A stretch of 63,221 bases of DNA, the filler included, from Phoronis australis (lineage: Eukaryota; Animalia; Phoronida), in assembly GCA_002633005.1 (NCBI GenBank). It is 3 parts of 3 records of this genome, joined end to end, with 100 filler letters (N's around TTAATTAATTAA, not from the genome) between each part and the next. Parts side by side here need not be neighbours in the genome. Positions count along the whole stretch, not along the records: positions 29,444 to 54,639 come from NMRA01000063.1; positions 54,740 to 63,221 come from NMRA01001893.1; 1 more part is not named here. One strand, 5' to 3'. The notes beneath the pieces are model-generated. The model made no database searches. It worked only from the letters and a program-made list of their open reading frames with translations, and had not been told where the DNA came from. The position numbers were made by a program, and so were the translations under genes. Below are positions 50,601-60,525 of the stretch, in pieces (within the stretch, counting starts at the first letter, position 1; each line of letters begins with the position of its first letter).

Positions 50601-52300
50601 TAGCGTCGTTTCTCACCTTCCTCACAGGTTAACGCGACACTTCTTGGCAAGTTAAGGTCGACTGTATGCGAGGCGATGTAGATATAGACCGATTAATAAG
50701 GCAAAAAAGACTAATTAAATCGGGTGGCATTCTCCTTTTATTCAGTTCAAGTTTTTCAGTGGTCCAAAGGCGGAGCACTACAGGGGGGCTGAGGGGGCTT
50801 TAGCCCCAACTTTTTTCAGTGCTGCGCCCTCTATACACCTCCGACAGGACACTGCCAACTACTCACGAGGGGAAGTTGAGATTTCAAATTCATCAAAAAC
50901 CCAAAACATTCGTGCACAGCACGGAAGCTGTCTTGTAAGAAATGGCGATGCGTCACTGAACTTAGTTGAAGGCTGAAGGACGGACCATCATCAGACCACC
51001 ATATCGCCGTAAAGAAGGATTCTAAACGATAACAGTGATATTCATAGACTAAAGAAATTCAAAAATTTACAAACCGTAGATCGGATCGAAAAAGAAGTTC
51101 AAGTTATTGCTCATAAATTTGGAAAGATTGTCTTTGCATTTCCTTGATGCTTGTAGTTCCCAGTAGTACTGTGCAATGAATTTAGGTTCTTCTAAACCGG
51201 ATCGTTTGCTTGACATTCCCGTGCATACTGCCAGCCAGTGCAAAGGCTGGACACGTCGTGACTCAGTGACGCACCCACGTTAAAAATAAGGTGTTGGCTG
51301 CCCGCGTAGAATCCGCTCACAGTGATTGACGGGAAAAGAACTTGAACTGCAGGAGTTGAAGTGTGTGCATTTTTGGGACACGCGTTCCATAGCATTTTCC
51401 CCAGCCGCCCGGCGGCAGAAGCTGGACCAGTGGCTATGTTTCAACAATGAATTTTGATACAGCTCTATAGGCCAAGGATTTCGGGATCATATCTTTCAAA
51501 AAAATCTTCAGGAAATGACCGTATTAAAATAAACTTTTCCCGAAACTGGGTCAAACAAAACGACCTTGGAGCCAGAACACGGGTATAGGTTCGAGTTAAG
51601 CCGCACGTCTCAAATGAAGTAGCGGAGCTAACCGGCGACTAGCATTAGTTCGTCGAATTGCGCATGCATGGATCGGACTTCCCGGCGACTCGGACGCCAC
51701 GACACGTACCTGCCACCGTGGCGGGAGCAGCTAATTTCTTGACTAACACCTGCTTCTAAATCTGGATTTAAGCAAAATGCCACGCTTACACATATGCAAG
51801 CGTATCCAAATACAATTAAATGTATTTTCATGTGAAACCATTCAATGTTCTTTGAACATTGACTTGTGTGAGTTCTTAATTTTCTTAGATCTGCCCAATC
51901 AGGTAGAACTGCGTTTCAAGTCATTCACTATAGGCACCGGAGGGTTCAAATTGGAAGTTCGCGTCGTATGACATCGTATGACGTCATATGACGTAGGAGA
52001 TGCGAGCCTCATTTGCATATATAAGTGACATCTGTTGGTTCAAAAAAGAGGATCATGCCCGAGTACATGCCTGGGAAGAGGCATCTTTTTAAGGGTAAAA
52101 CAAGTCATGTTCAAAGCATCCTAGTGCCATTAATATGCAGTCTTTGGGGACCAAAGTGGTGTCCTTTTATAGCTAAAGAGTTAAGCTTTCAAACACAATG
52201 CTTGGATTTCAGACGACTTTAACATTTACTTTTGAAATCACTTTTGAATATCCGTTAAAATGCGCTAAAACAGTTGTCCCTTCCTGGTTATCTCTTCCTG
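47603..52300. mobile_element. P-element-like DNA transposon derivative (4.7 kb including a gap and nested inserts)
   Basis: Perfect 29-bp TIR CAGGAAGAGATAACCAGGAAGGGACAACT at both ends, and a 7-bp TSD CTATTAC (47596-47602, 52301-52307). Decayed ORF-like sequence lies at ~48100-49000. Confidence 0.8.
50078..50735 (-). mobile_element. Kolobok-like non-autonomous element, copy 2, nested in the P-like element
   Basis: Reverse complement of 27053-27691. THAP remnant ISFFRLLRESKMFRKWIAVVK...HLLVCGL on -, and GYQFEQEYSDEEI (KolX-like N-terminus) on +. Confidence 0.68.
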
Positions 52301-53569
52301 CTATTACCCATATTTGAACTTTTACAGACTTCAGTGTCACAAGCTTTGATGAATTGGACAATTGAAAAATAGATGAATGTTAACTTTTCACCCTTGCCAA
52401 GTAAACATTTGGCAGGAATGAACTTCTTCATTAGTGGGTGGTTTGCTTGTATTAGGCTGTTGACATCAACTGTACATTTCATTGTTTAAGGTTCAGTGGA
52501 ATTATTATCATAGTAAAGAGATGATTGAGCCCCATGACCAATCTTGTCATCAAATTGTGAGTGGATAAATCCCACTAAGTTCCCTGACAGAACAGTACTG
52601 CCTGACATGAATTATTACAATTAAAACTAAATGCTGTAAGGTTGCAGTGCATTGAATGTGCAGGGCTCGACGTTGATGACTGTCTGATTGTCTGGGACAA
52701 ACAAAAATTAGGTGCAGACAAGTTGAATTTCTACCAGATTGCCCAAACGTCAAGTTAAAGGTTATACACTTAACTCAATATTAAATGCACACACGCACAA
52801 AGTACTTTCTGTAACTTCTTTTTAATGTTAAATCGTCAAAAACCTGCCAAGTGACTCACTTGCAATATGCCAGGGAACCCGACTTCAACCTGGTGTTGGG
52901 GTTTCGGTCAGTCAGTGTTGTTATTTAAGGGAGCTAACTCAATTTAGCAAGCAGCTACAGTAACTGCTGGTCGATCACTTCAAAACAGTCACAAAAAAAA
53001 AACAAAAAAATTCAAAGTAAATTTGTTAACAGAATTGCATGAATTGTTACACCTATTAATAATTGGTAGTAAAGGTTTTGATAATAATTACATTCTCATC
53101 TCCTATTACAACATTGATTATTTATGGTATTTTTTGATTTGCGGTCTGCTCCGCATTGCGTCGAAAAACAGCAAGGAGTTCATTCCTGAAAAATTCGGAA
53201 AATTCCATAATCATAATAAATATGAAATGGAAATCAAGTGTGTAGTAGAAGGCATCTTTAAGATAGCCACATATTAAATGTAACAATGACAAATCATTGA
53301 AAGTACCAGTTCAAATCCTCGGTGCACTTGGGTACAGGGCTACAATGACCGACAGCTACATAGTTGTACAGTCTCAAATGAAGTGTTGCATGGTCATGGA
53401 TTGGTTGAACAGTAGTCAAGTCTACTCTTCCCAGGTGGTCATTGTGTACCGAGGTGGTGTTGGCTCTGAAATTCTATCCACCAAACACCGTTTTGAGGGC
53501 AATAGAATCTTGGTGCCAAGATCTTGTATTCTAACAGACAATATTTTAGTGCCATTTGTTTACATACAT

Positions 53570-53722
53570 ATAGATTATTACATGGCGAAGTCATTATCCC
53601 CCGTTATCTAGAGCCCGAGTGGATTTTGGAGAATTAGCGTTAGCCCCGAGGGTGATAATTCTACAAAATCCACGAGGGCTCTAGATAAGGGGGATAACGA
53701 CTGAGAACATGTAATAATCTAT
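53570..53722. repeat. ~150-bp imperfect palindrome (probable end of a non-autonomous element)
   Basis: ATAGATTATTACATG..TTATCCCC..TTATCTAGAGCCC..GTGGATTTTG..GAATTA mirrored by TAATTC..CAAAATCCAC..GGGCTCTAGATAA..GGGGATAA..CATGTAATAATCTAT. Confidence 0.85.
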
Positions 53723-54270
53723 TTATACCACATACTGAACGATAAACATTGCAATGAATCAATCTACCTTTCTCGACTCGCCTCGGCTTTGTAACTAATT
53801 TCTATGTCAGAGGCCCGGGGTCGGAGGTCGGGACCTTTTAAGAAAAGCCGAGTTATTTTTGTAAAATAATGCTTTTACTCAAAACCAATTGCAAAATAAA
53901 ACAAAATAAAAATAAAGTGAATCTATAAATTAAGGTTTAGCAACTATTATAGCTTACTACACATTTTATCACACTAAGCTTCGACCGGGAAACTATCGTC
54001 TGCTAAAGTAGGTTACCACTAGTAACTGACTATAATGCTCAAGTCAAAGGATCCCGACCACACGACACCTGCATTCAAATTGGAGATCGGTGATTTACAA
54101 GTGAGAGAACACGATAGAAAAATTTCACTGAATTAAAATATCGTTTTTATGGAAATTATGCGTCTTATTTTTCATAGCGCATAAATGTCGGTGCAGTGCC
54201 CTTTGCTGAACATGCGATTGTTGCGCGTGCTCATTTAAGTATTCTATTTTCACGTTCGATGACGTCAGCC

Positions 54271-54341
54271 GCTGAGTGGTGTAGTGGTAAAGTCTGCGAC
54301 TTGCAACTGTTGAGACCTGGGTTAGAATCCGGCCTCGGTTT
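54271..54341 (+). pseudogene. tRNA-like sequence (pseudogene or SINE head)
   Basis: A-box TGGTGTAGTGG and B-box GGTTAGAATCC at tRNA spacing. Acceptor-like GCTGAGT/CCTCGGT and loop CTTGCAA, but the anticodon stem pairs poorly. Confidence 0.5.
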
Positions 54342-54602
54342 CCCGCCAAAATGTTATCTCACTAGTGAGATAACTTTATGGGTTATTACGCGGTTGTATC
54401 TGCTATTCGAGGCTAATATTGTGGAAAAATGGTTTGTAATGACATTTTCAAATTTTCAAGTCTGCTATCACCAGTGAAGTTAAAAAGAGAGGAGTTGCTA
54501 AATACTTGAATGACTGCCAGCTGACCTCCCCCAGCTGAAACTGGTTGAAAGTTGAGTAAAGAAACAAACATCATTTTTGATCATCTCAGCTAGATTTTAT
54601 TA

Positions 54603-54639
54603 GGGCTGTTCCAGCAAAATCTGTGTGGGAGGGGGGGGG
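54603..54639. mobile_element. Terminus of a third PIF/Harbinger-type MITE copy, cut by the contig end
   Basis: TTA|GGGCTGTTCCAGCAAAATCTGTGTGGG. Confidence 0.7.
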
Positions 54640-54739
54640 NNNNNNNNNNNNNNNNNNNNNNNNNNNNNNNNNNNNNNNNNNNNTTAATTAATTAANNNNN
54701 NNNNNNNNNNNNNNNNNNNNNNNNNNNNNNNNNNNNNNN
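54640..54739. other. Artificial scaffold linker N44-TTAATTAATTAA-N44
   Basis: Same 100-nt construct as 29344-29443. Confidence 0.95.
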
Positions 54740-55586
54740 ATAGATGCAGTACCTTGGATGTATCATGAATGATCAAAGGAGAAATCATATCAGCTCTGTC
54801 ACACCAAAATTGGATGTAAGTACAAAGTCCAAGGGAGAGGACACAAATGTGTACATCCAATCTGACATTAGAAGTAAACTTTGTATCACTATCAGGCACT
54901 GAAGACGTTATCAAATTCAAATGTTGAACTGGCAACCGAACCTGAAAAGGACAACTCAGATCACTAAGTTTGTCATACAAACTTGAGAATGACATCTCAG
55001 CTCTCTAGAGTTTAATTGCCATACAAGCTGAATCCCTCTCTGAATATTCCAAACAAAAAATTGATTGTAATAAAACAGAATGATAATATAGAAATGCCAT
55101 TTTGAAATCCTACAGACACAAGAGACTACACTGTTACATGCCAAGATAATCTTTAATCATCTCAGCAGTAGGCCAGTCCACAGTCAAAAGTCGTGGCCTA
55201 ACAATCAATGAGTGAAATGTCAAATGCCCTGAAAGCTGAATTTTCTTACTCGTACCCATGGTAATTTGTCTCATAAATGACACATATACTGGTAATATAC
55301 AGTAAATAGCACATGAATGGACACTTGACACAATAATCACAGATTTGATCTCTGAAACAAATACAGCTAATTTTCTCACAGGAACCAAAAATGAACAAAT
55401 AACAGTAGATGGGTAAGACATGAGTAGATGTGGAGTACATGTGTATGAAGTAAACACAAGTATAAATGTGTGTGTTTAGGCCGGACCCTAGATCAATAAT
55501 CACCTGTGTGTGGCTTTACAGTAATATCATTACATTGCACATAGGTGAACTGAAGTCAGACACTGTAGAAATGACGACTACATTTT

Positions 55587-55720
55587 AACACAAATAGAGA
55601 CAGGTGTGTGAAGCACATGATATTTATACTGTCTCATAACACAAATAGAGACAGGTGTGTGAAGCACATGACATGTATACTGTCTCATCACTGTCTCATC
55701 ACATGACATATATACCGTCT
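55587..55720. repeat. ~51-bp tandem duplication with trailing CTGTCTCAT sub-repeats
   Basis: AACACAAATAGAGACAGGTGTGTGAAGCACATGA..TATACTGTCTCAT occurs twice in tandem. Confidence 0.8.
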
Positions 55721-56893
55721 CATCCAGATCAATTGCCATTATAGCAAATTCGAAGAATATGTTATTTGTCAGGTATCTTTGGTTGAAATTAAAATATGTT
55801 GTATCAGTCGAGCAATATCAAGAACAACGTCAATAACAATTCCTCACACATACAGGTTACACATGGCCCTTAAGTCTTTGTCTGATGTGTCCAACAGCAG
55901 TCATTGCAAACATAGGCAGCAGAGTGCTGAGTCTGCCAATGGATGACATTGTCAACAACACTACACGAATCATTAACAGGTTTCAGTCAAAGCTAACTGT
56001 TTTCAAAAGACAATTTTGACTGAATTGCTGACACTCTTAGGATCAGGCTGTTTGAATGTCACTTTCTGAAATCAGAAATTTTCAACATGATAGTCATGAA
56101 ATAATTTAACACACCGTGTAAGATGTCATGTTAATGTTATACGAACCTTTTTTATTGATACGTCTTCTAAATTAGTGATGAGTCACTCCATGCGAAAACA
56201 ATCATCAAATTTGCATTGATGTAAAATTGCATAATGACAGGCAATTAGTGGATTGGTGTTGTAAAACAGGTTTTAATTAACAAGTATGAAAACAGACCCA
56301 TGAATGCCTTGGCAAATGAGAGCAGAATTGTTAAACTCCAAATGGAATTCTGTGCATTGCCCATCAATTTCCATGGTGTTATTTCTAGACAATTGTTTGA
56401 TGACTGCCCTTGAAAATGTCTAATTTCCCTGGAGCCAAAAACAAAATGACTCCAACACTTTGAGTTGTACAGGCCTTCTGATTCTTCAGCCACTTTTATT
56501 GCAGTAACAACGGAACACAAAATCAATGTTTAATGTGTGCAAAACGTGGATAAGCTTCCAACATTGTTTTTCAAATTTTGATCTTTAAAAGGTGCAACTG
56601 TCAATTATGTTAGCCTCTTGTTAACAGAAACATCATCAGCAGTCAATCCATCAACAACTAGTGAAGCCTTCCTGCTACAGTTAACAAAAGCCAAATAAGA
56701 GTAGTGCAGAAAGTAACATTAGTTAATTTCGAAAGAGGCGATCACTTCTTTTGAAAGAGGTCACAGCGTTATTTTATGATGCAAAGCCACTTGGGTAAAA
56801 TTGCTGTTTTATGTGTCCATCGTTCAGACCCTTGCTTATCCATGTCTGAGGCTACGTCAAACTCTTCACTGCAGGGTCAACCAAGATAAATGG

Positions 56894-57080
56894 AACACGA
56901 GCAGCGTTGGGGCGTTGACATGAACCCACGGTGCATCGCATAAAATATGTTTCTAAGAGCCACTAGGAGGTGCTGCAGTTATAGTCAAATCAGCCTGACA
57001 TCAAAGGTGCCAGCCGCCAAATTTCATTGAAATCCATTAACCTGTTCTCTAGGTAGCATCCAGAAACACTCTCTAGTAGG
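56894..57080 (-). mobile_element. 3' fragment of a related HINE-like element
   Basis: Reverse complement reads GTGGGTTCATGTCAACGCCCCAACGCTGCTCGTGTT, similar to the HINE 3' end. Includes GCCACTAGGAGGTGC at ~56959. Confidence 0.5.
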
Positions 57081-58382
57081 TTTGCGCTACACTTTTAAGG
57101 GTTTTAGACAAAAAGGCTAAAAGCATCTGAAAATTTTTAGCCATTTTCAAAAATTATTAGTCAAACACTTTCTCTTGTCCTAGCCCGTGCAATTGATAGT
57201 GCTGTTACAGACCCAACTTTTTATTTTTCATGTTATGCACATGTCCTTTTCATATAAGATGTTTACCTTGAGAAAAAACAAATGATCAAAATTCCAATGT
57301 CATTAGCAACCTAATAAGTTGGAGGGGATGTTAGCCAACATGGGTTTCACTATGACCTAACAAGTTTGGCCAGAGGTTCCCCCTATACCCGAGTTACTAC
57401 ATGGGTATTCTGGCCACATGGGCATTTAAATGATGTTGACCTTAAAAAATTGGGCAGGGTTCCCCTTTATCCCCGGGTTACGGCGGGGTTAAGCCGGCCA
57501 AGCGGGCATCTAGATGAGCAAGACATTTGCGTTCAAAAACGTTAAACATAACTTGTGGCAAGCAAAATAAAGCTAAATCGTGCAAAGTAGGTAATATAAA
57601 ACTCATTAAGTAACGAACTGACATTTACTTTATACCTTGCTTTCTTTCAGCCACCGCCAAAATTCAAACACGTCCCAGTCTCTCAATAACTTCTTACATT
57701 CGTGACATCTAGCGAGCTGACTAGCGACAATTAGCGAGCTGACTAGGCATGACAAATATGTGACATATTTTAATTTAAAAGTAGATAACACACTCGTTCT
57801 TTCTGCCGTCGTCCGCGCCATATACTCCTTGAAAAGAAAACCAGTCAATGTCAAATCTCAAACAATATTTGACACAACAAATTATGTGCCGAAAATTGGG
57901 TAAAGTTAGTAATGAATTGGGCGAGATTCATGTAATTTGATAATAATGATTTTATACTTTGAGTTCAAATTGCATGTTTGAGACAGTTCAACTCAGTCCG
58001 GCTTAATTTATCCCCCAAGAAATTAATGCCGTCGAAGCGGCTCACACCACGTCGCCAGTGTACAAAGTTATTGAGAGACTTGCATGGTCACGTTTGTTGG
58101 CAAAATAGGCTGAGTCTTGCAGACGACAAGCGGCAGCACCTACACGAAATCTCGCTACGAAGCAAGAAATCGGCCTTACCAAGATCACTGACGCCTCTTC
58201 ACAGTTGAACATTTCGTTGNTTTTTTGAATAATTTCCTTTTTTCTATTTTTAAACAATATACGCAGGTGTATGCTTAGAAAATGTCGAGAGCACAATGTC
58301 TCGTCTGCAAAAAGAAAGATGATGTGGCTTTTTAGCTGTTGATTTCTTTCAGGTTGGCTACCCTTGTCCCCAACTCCGTGGC

Positions 58383-58439
58383 TCACTTGGTCTGCTCCTT
58401 GGCTTGATGGGCCTGCAAGACAGTCACAGCCTCTTCCAC
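58383..58439 (-). CDS. PABPC: Terminal coding exon of cytoplasmic poly(A)-binding protein (end of MLLE/PABC domain)
   Basis: Minus strand tgtttcttgcag|GTG reads VEEAVTVLQAHQAKEQTK*, versus vertebrate PABPC1 VDEAVAVLQAHQAKE. An A-rich 3'UTR-like tract follows. No upstream PABPC exon is recognisable in the window. Confidence 0.8.
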   Translation of the reverse strand: MEEAVTVLQAHQAKEQTK

Positions 58440-59789
58440 CTGCAAGAAACAATCAGTGGATGAAAGCCCAACCAACATTCACAAAGAATTGAAAGATATC
58501 TGAGTAATAAGGCAGAACATATATGTATATATTATATTAATGACATTTACACTCAACAGCCTAACCAATAGCGAACTTTCATATTGGCGTTCTCAAAAGT
58601 ATTGAAAGCAAGAAAGCAATTTCTGCTTGATCCCAACTCAGATTCAGTGGGCCGAAGTTCAGTACTATACATAGTGGTTCATTAATTTTAACAATTTTAA
58701 CACTCATTGTCAGCCCTTTGCTTAGGTAAAGTTCACTAATTTATTTTAACGTTTTGACATCAGCTAGGATCACAATTCTCCTGCTTTACTAGCAGTCGCA
58801 ACTGCTCACTATGAAATTTTCTTTGCAGTTGGAAATGCATGGGACACGATGTCCTTCATCCGTGGATATGTCAAGAGGTTTGCCATTTTCCAGAAGCCGT
58901 TAGTACATACAATAGCATCAGTAAAAACTTGCCAGCCTTGTGATAGCCGGAAAGGAGTTGAAACACTGTTTATACCAGGAGGTTGAAACCTCTCGTCTGC
59001 ATTACATGGTATCTGCAGGTGGCGGTGAACACCCGTCCACCAAAGACCCGATCTTTGTCTAGCAAGAAAGTGAATTTCTGTTCAATATCGTGCCGCAATT
59101 GGCGGCAGTTAGATCTAGCATCAGGTGGTCAGTTTGTATAACAATGATCCTTAGCTCTGGTATTAACAAAAATAAAAGTCAATACCGGCATCGTATTTAA
59201 AACACATAACACAAACAACAGTCCAGTGCTTCAGCACACTTGAGATATCGTCAGGGATGATCCATTAAACGGTGATCACACAACGGTACATAAAAGCTCT
59301 ACCTGCACAAAACAGACATAGGATTTTTCTGTGTTTTGCACTTGTTCAGTGTAGCAGTTACTGGTTGGGTATACATTGTCATCAGTGATCAATGTACCAA
59401 TGTCATGTGAACTTGAGAAAATTATTGTATAAACAGATACCTCATGCAATATCTGACTGCGACTAATTAGAGGTGAAGTGTAGTTTTCAACGGAGCATTT
59501 ATAATATCATCCAGCACCAGTATTCAGGGCTGCCAACTCACAAAGGACATAATTTGTAACCCTCATGTTAAAAACACTTATTTTGCAAGTGAATAAACTT
59601 GTATGATTTTCCAACATTTTCAGAACATTTAAACTTCAATCGCAAGATCAATCGATACACACCAAAAATTATTTTCAATTGTCTTTAACTAAACAAAGCA
59701 ACATAACGTAAAAACACCAATGTTATCAGGCTTTTGCTGTCTGAATGGTTGATTTGTTCCCACACTACTGCCCCTGCGAAATGTACCTC

Positions 59790-60525
59790 GGATAACCATG
59801 GTTAACCATGGTTGACCATGGCTGTACAACCATGGTTGACCATGGTTTTAACATTTCGCGTTAAGTTGAAACCATGGTGGACTATGGTTGGCAACCATGG
59901 TTGACCATGCTTCACAACCATGGTTATCAACCATGGTTTTCAACCATGGATACTAACCATGGTTAACCGTGGCTAACAACCATGGTTGACCATGCTTCAC
60001 AACCATGCTATGAGACAACTTAACGCGAAATGTTAAAACCATGGTTGACCATGGTTACCAACCATGGTGTAGAACCATGGTTGACCATGGTTACCAACCA
60101 TGGTGTAGAACCATGGTTACCAACCATGGTGTAGAACCATGGTTGACCATGGTTAATGAGACAACTTAATGCGAAATGTTGAAACCATGGTTGACCATGG
60201 TTACCAACCATGGTGTAGAGCCATGGTTGACCATGGTTAACGAGAAACTTAACGCGAAATGTTAAAACCATGGTTGACCATGGTTACCAACCATGGTGTA
60301 GAATCATGGTTACCATGGTTGACAATGGTGGTTAAAATTCATGGTTGACCATGGTTAAAAATCATGGCTGACCATGGTTAAAAATCATGGCTGACCATGG
60401 TTACTTATCGTGGGTTACCATGGTAACTAACAACGGTTGAGCATTGCTTGGCATGGTTATTAAGCGTGATCACAATGGTTAGCAAGCATGGTCAAATATA
60501 GTTAGTAAGCATGGTTAACCGTGGT
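59790..60525. repeat. Satellite built from palindromic AACCATGGTT / GACCATGGTT units
   Basis: Dozens of CCATGG cores at ~9-14-nt spacing, with higher-order blocks (ACTTAACGCGAAATGTTAAAACCATGG) in both orientations. Confidence 0.92.

Noticed and set aside
52420-52490. Possible next HGSNAT exon (WFACIR-like)
   Set aside because: The phase-0 frame after the available AG hits TAG within seven codons, and no downstream PGCP motif follows.
54271-54341. Functional tRNA-Ala(TGC) gene
   Set aside because: The anticodon stem does not pair and the T-loop reads TTAGA rather than TTCGA; kept only as a tRNA-like relic.
55134-55200. Minus-strand terminal-exon-like stretch (RPRLLTVDWPTAEMIKDYLGM*)
   Set aside because: It has a plausible acceptor but no recognisable family and no partner exon.
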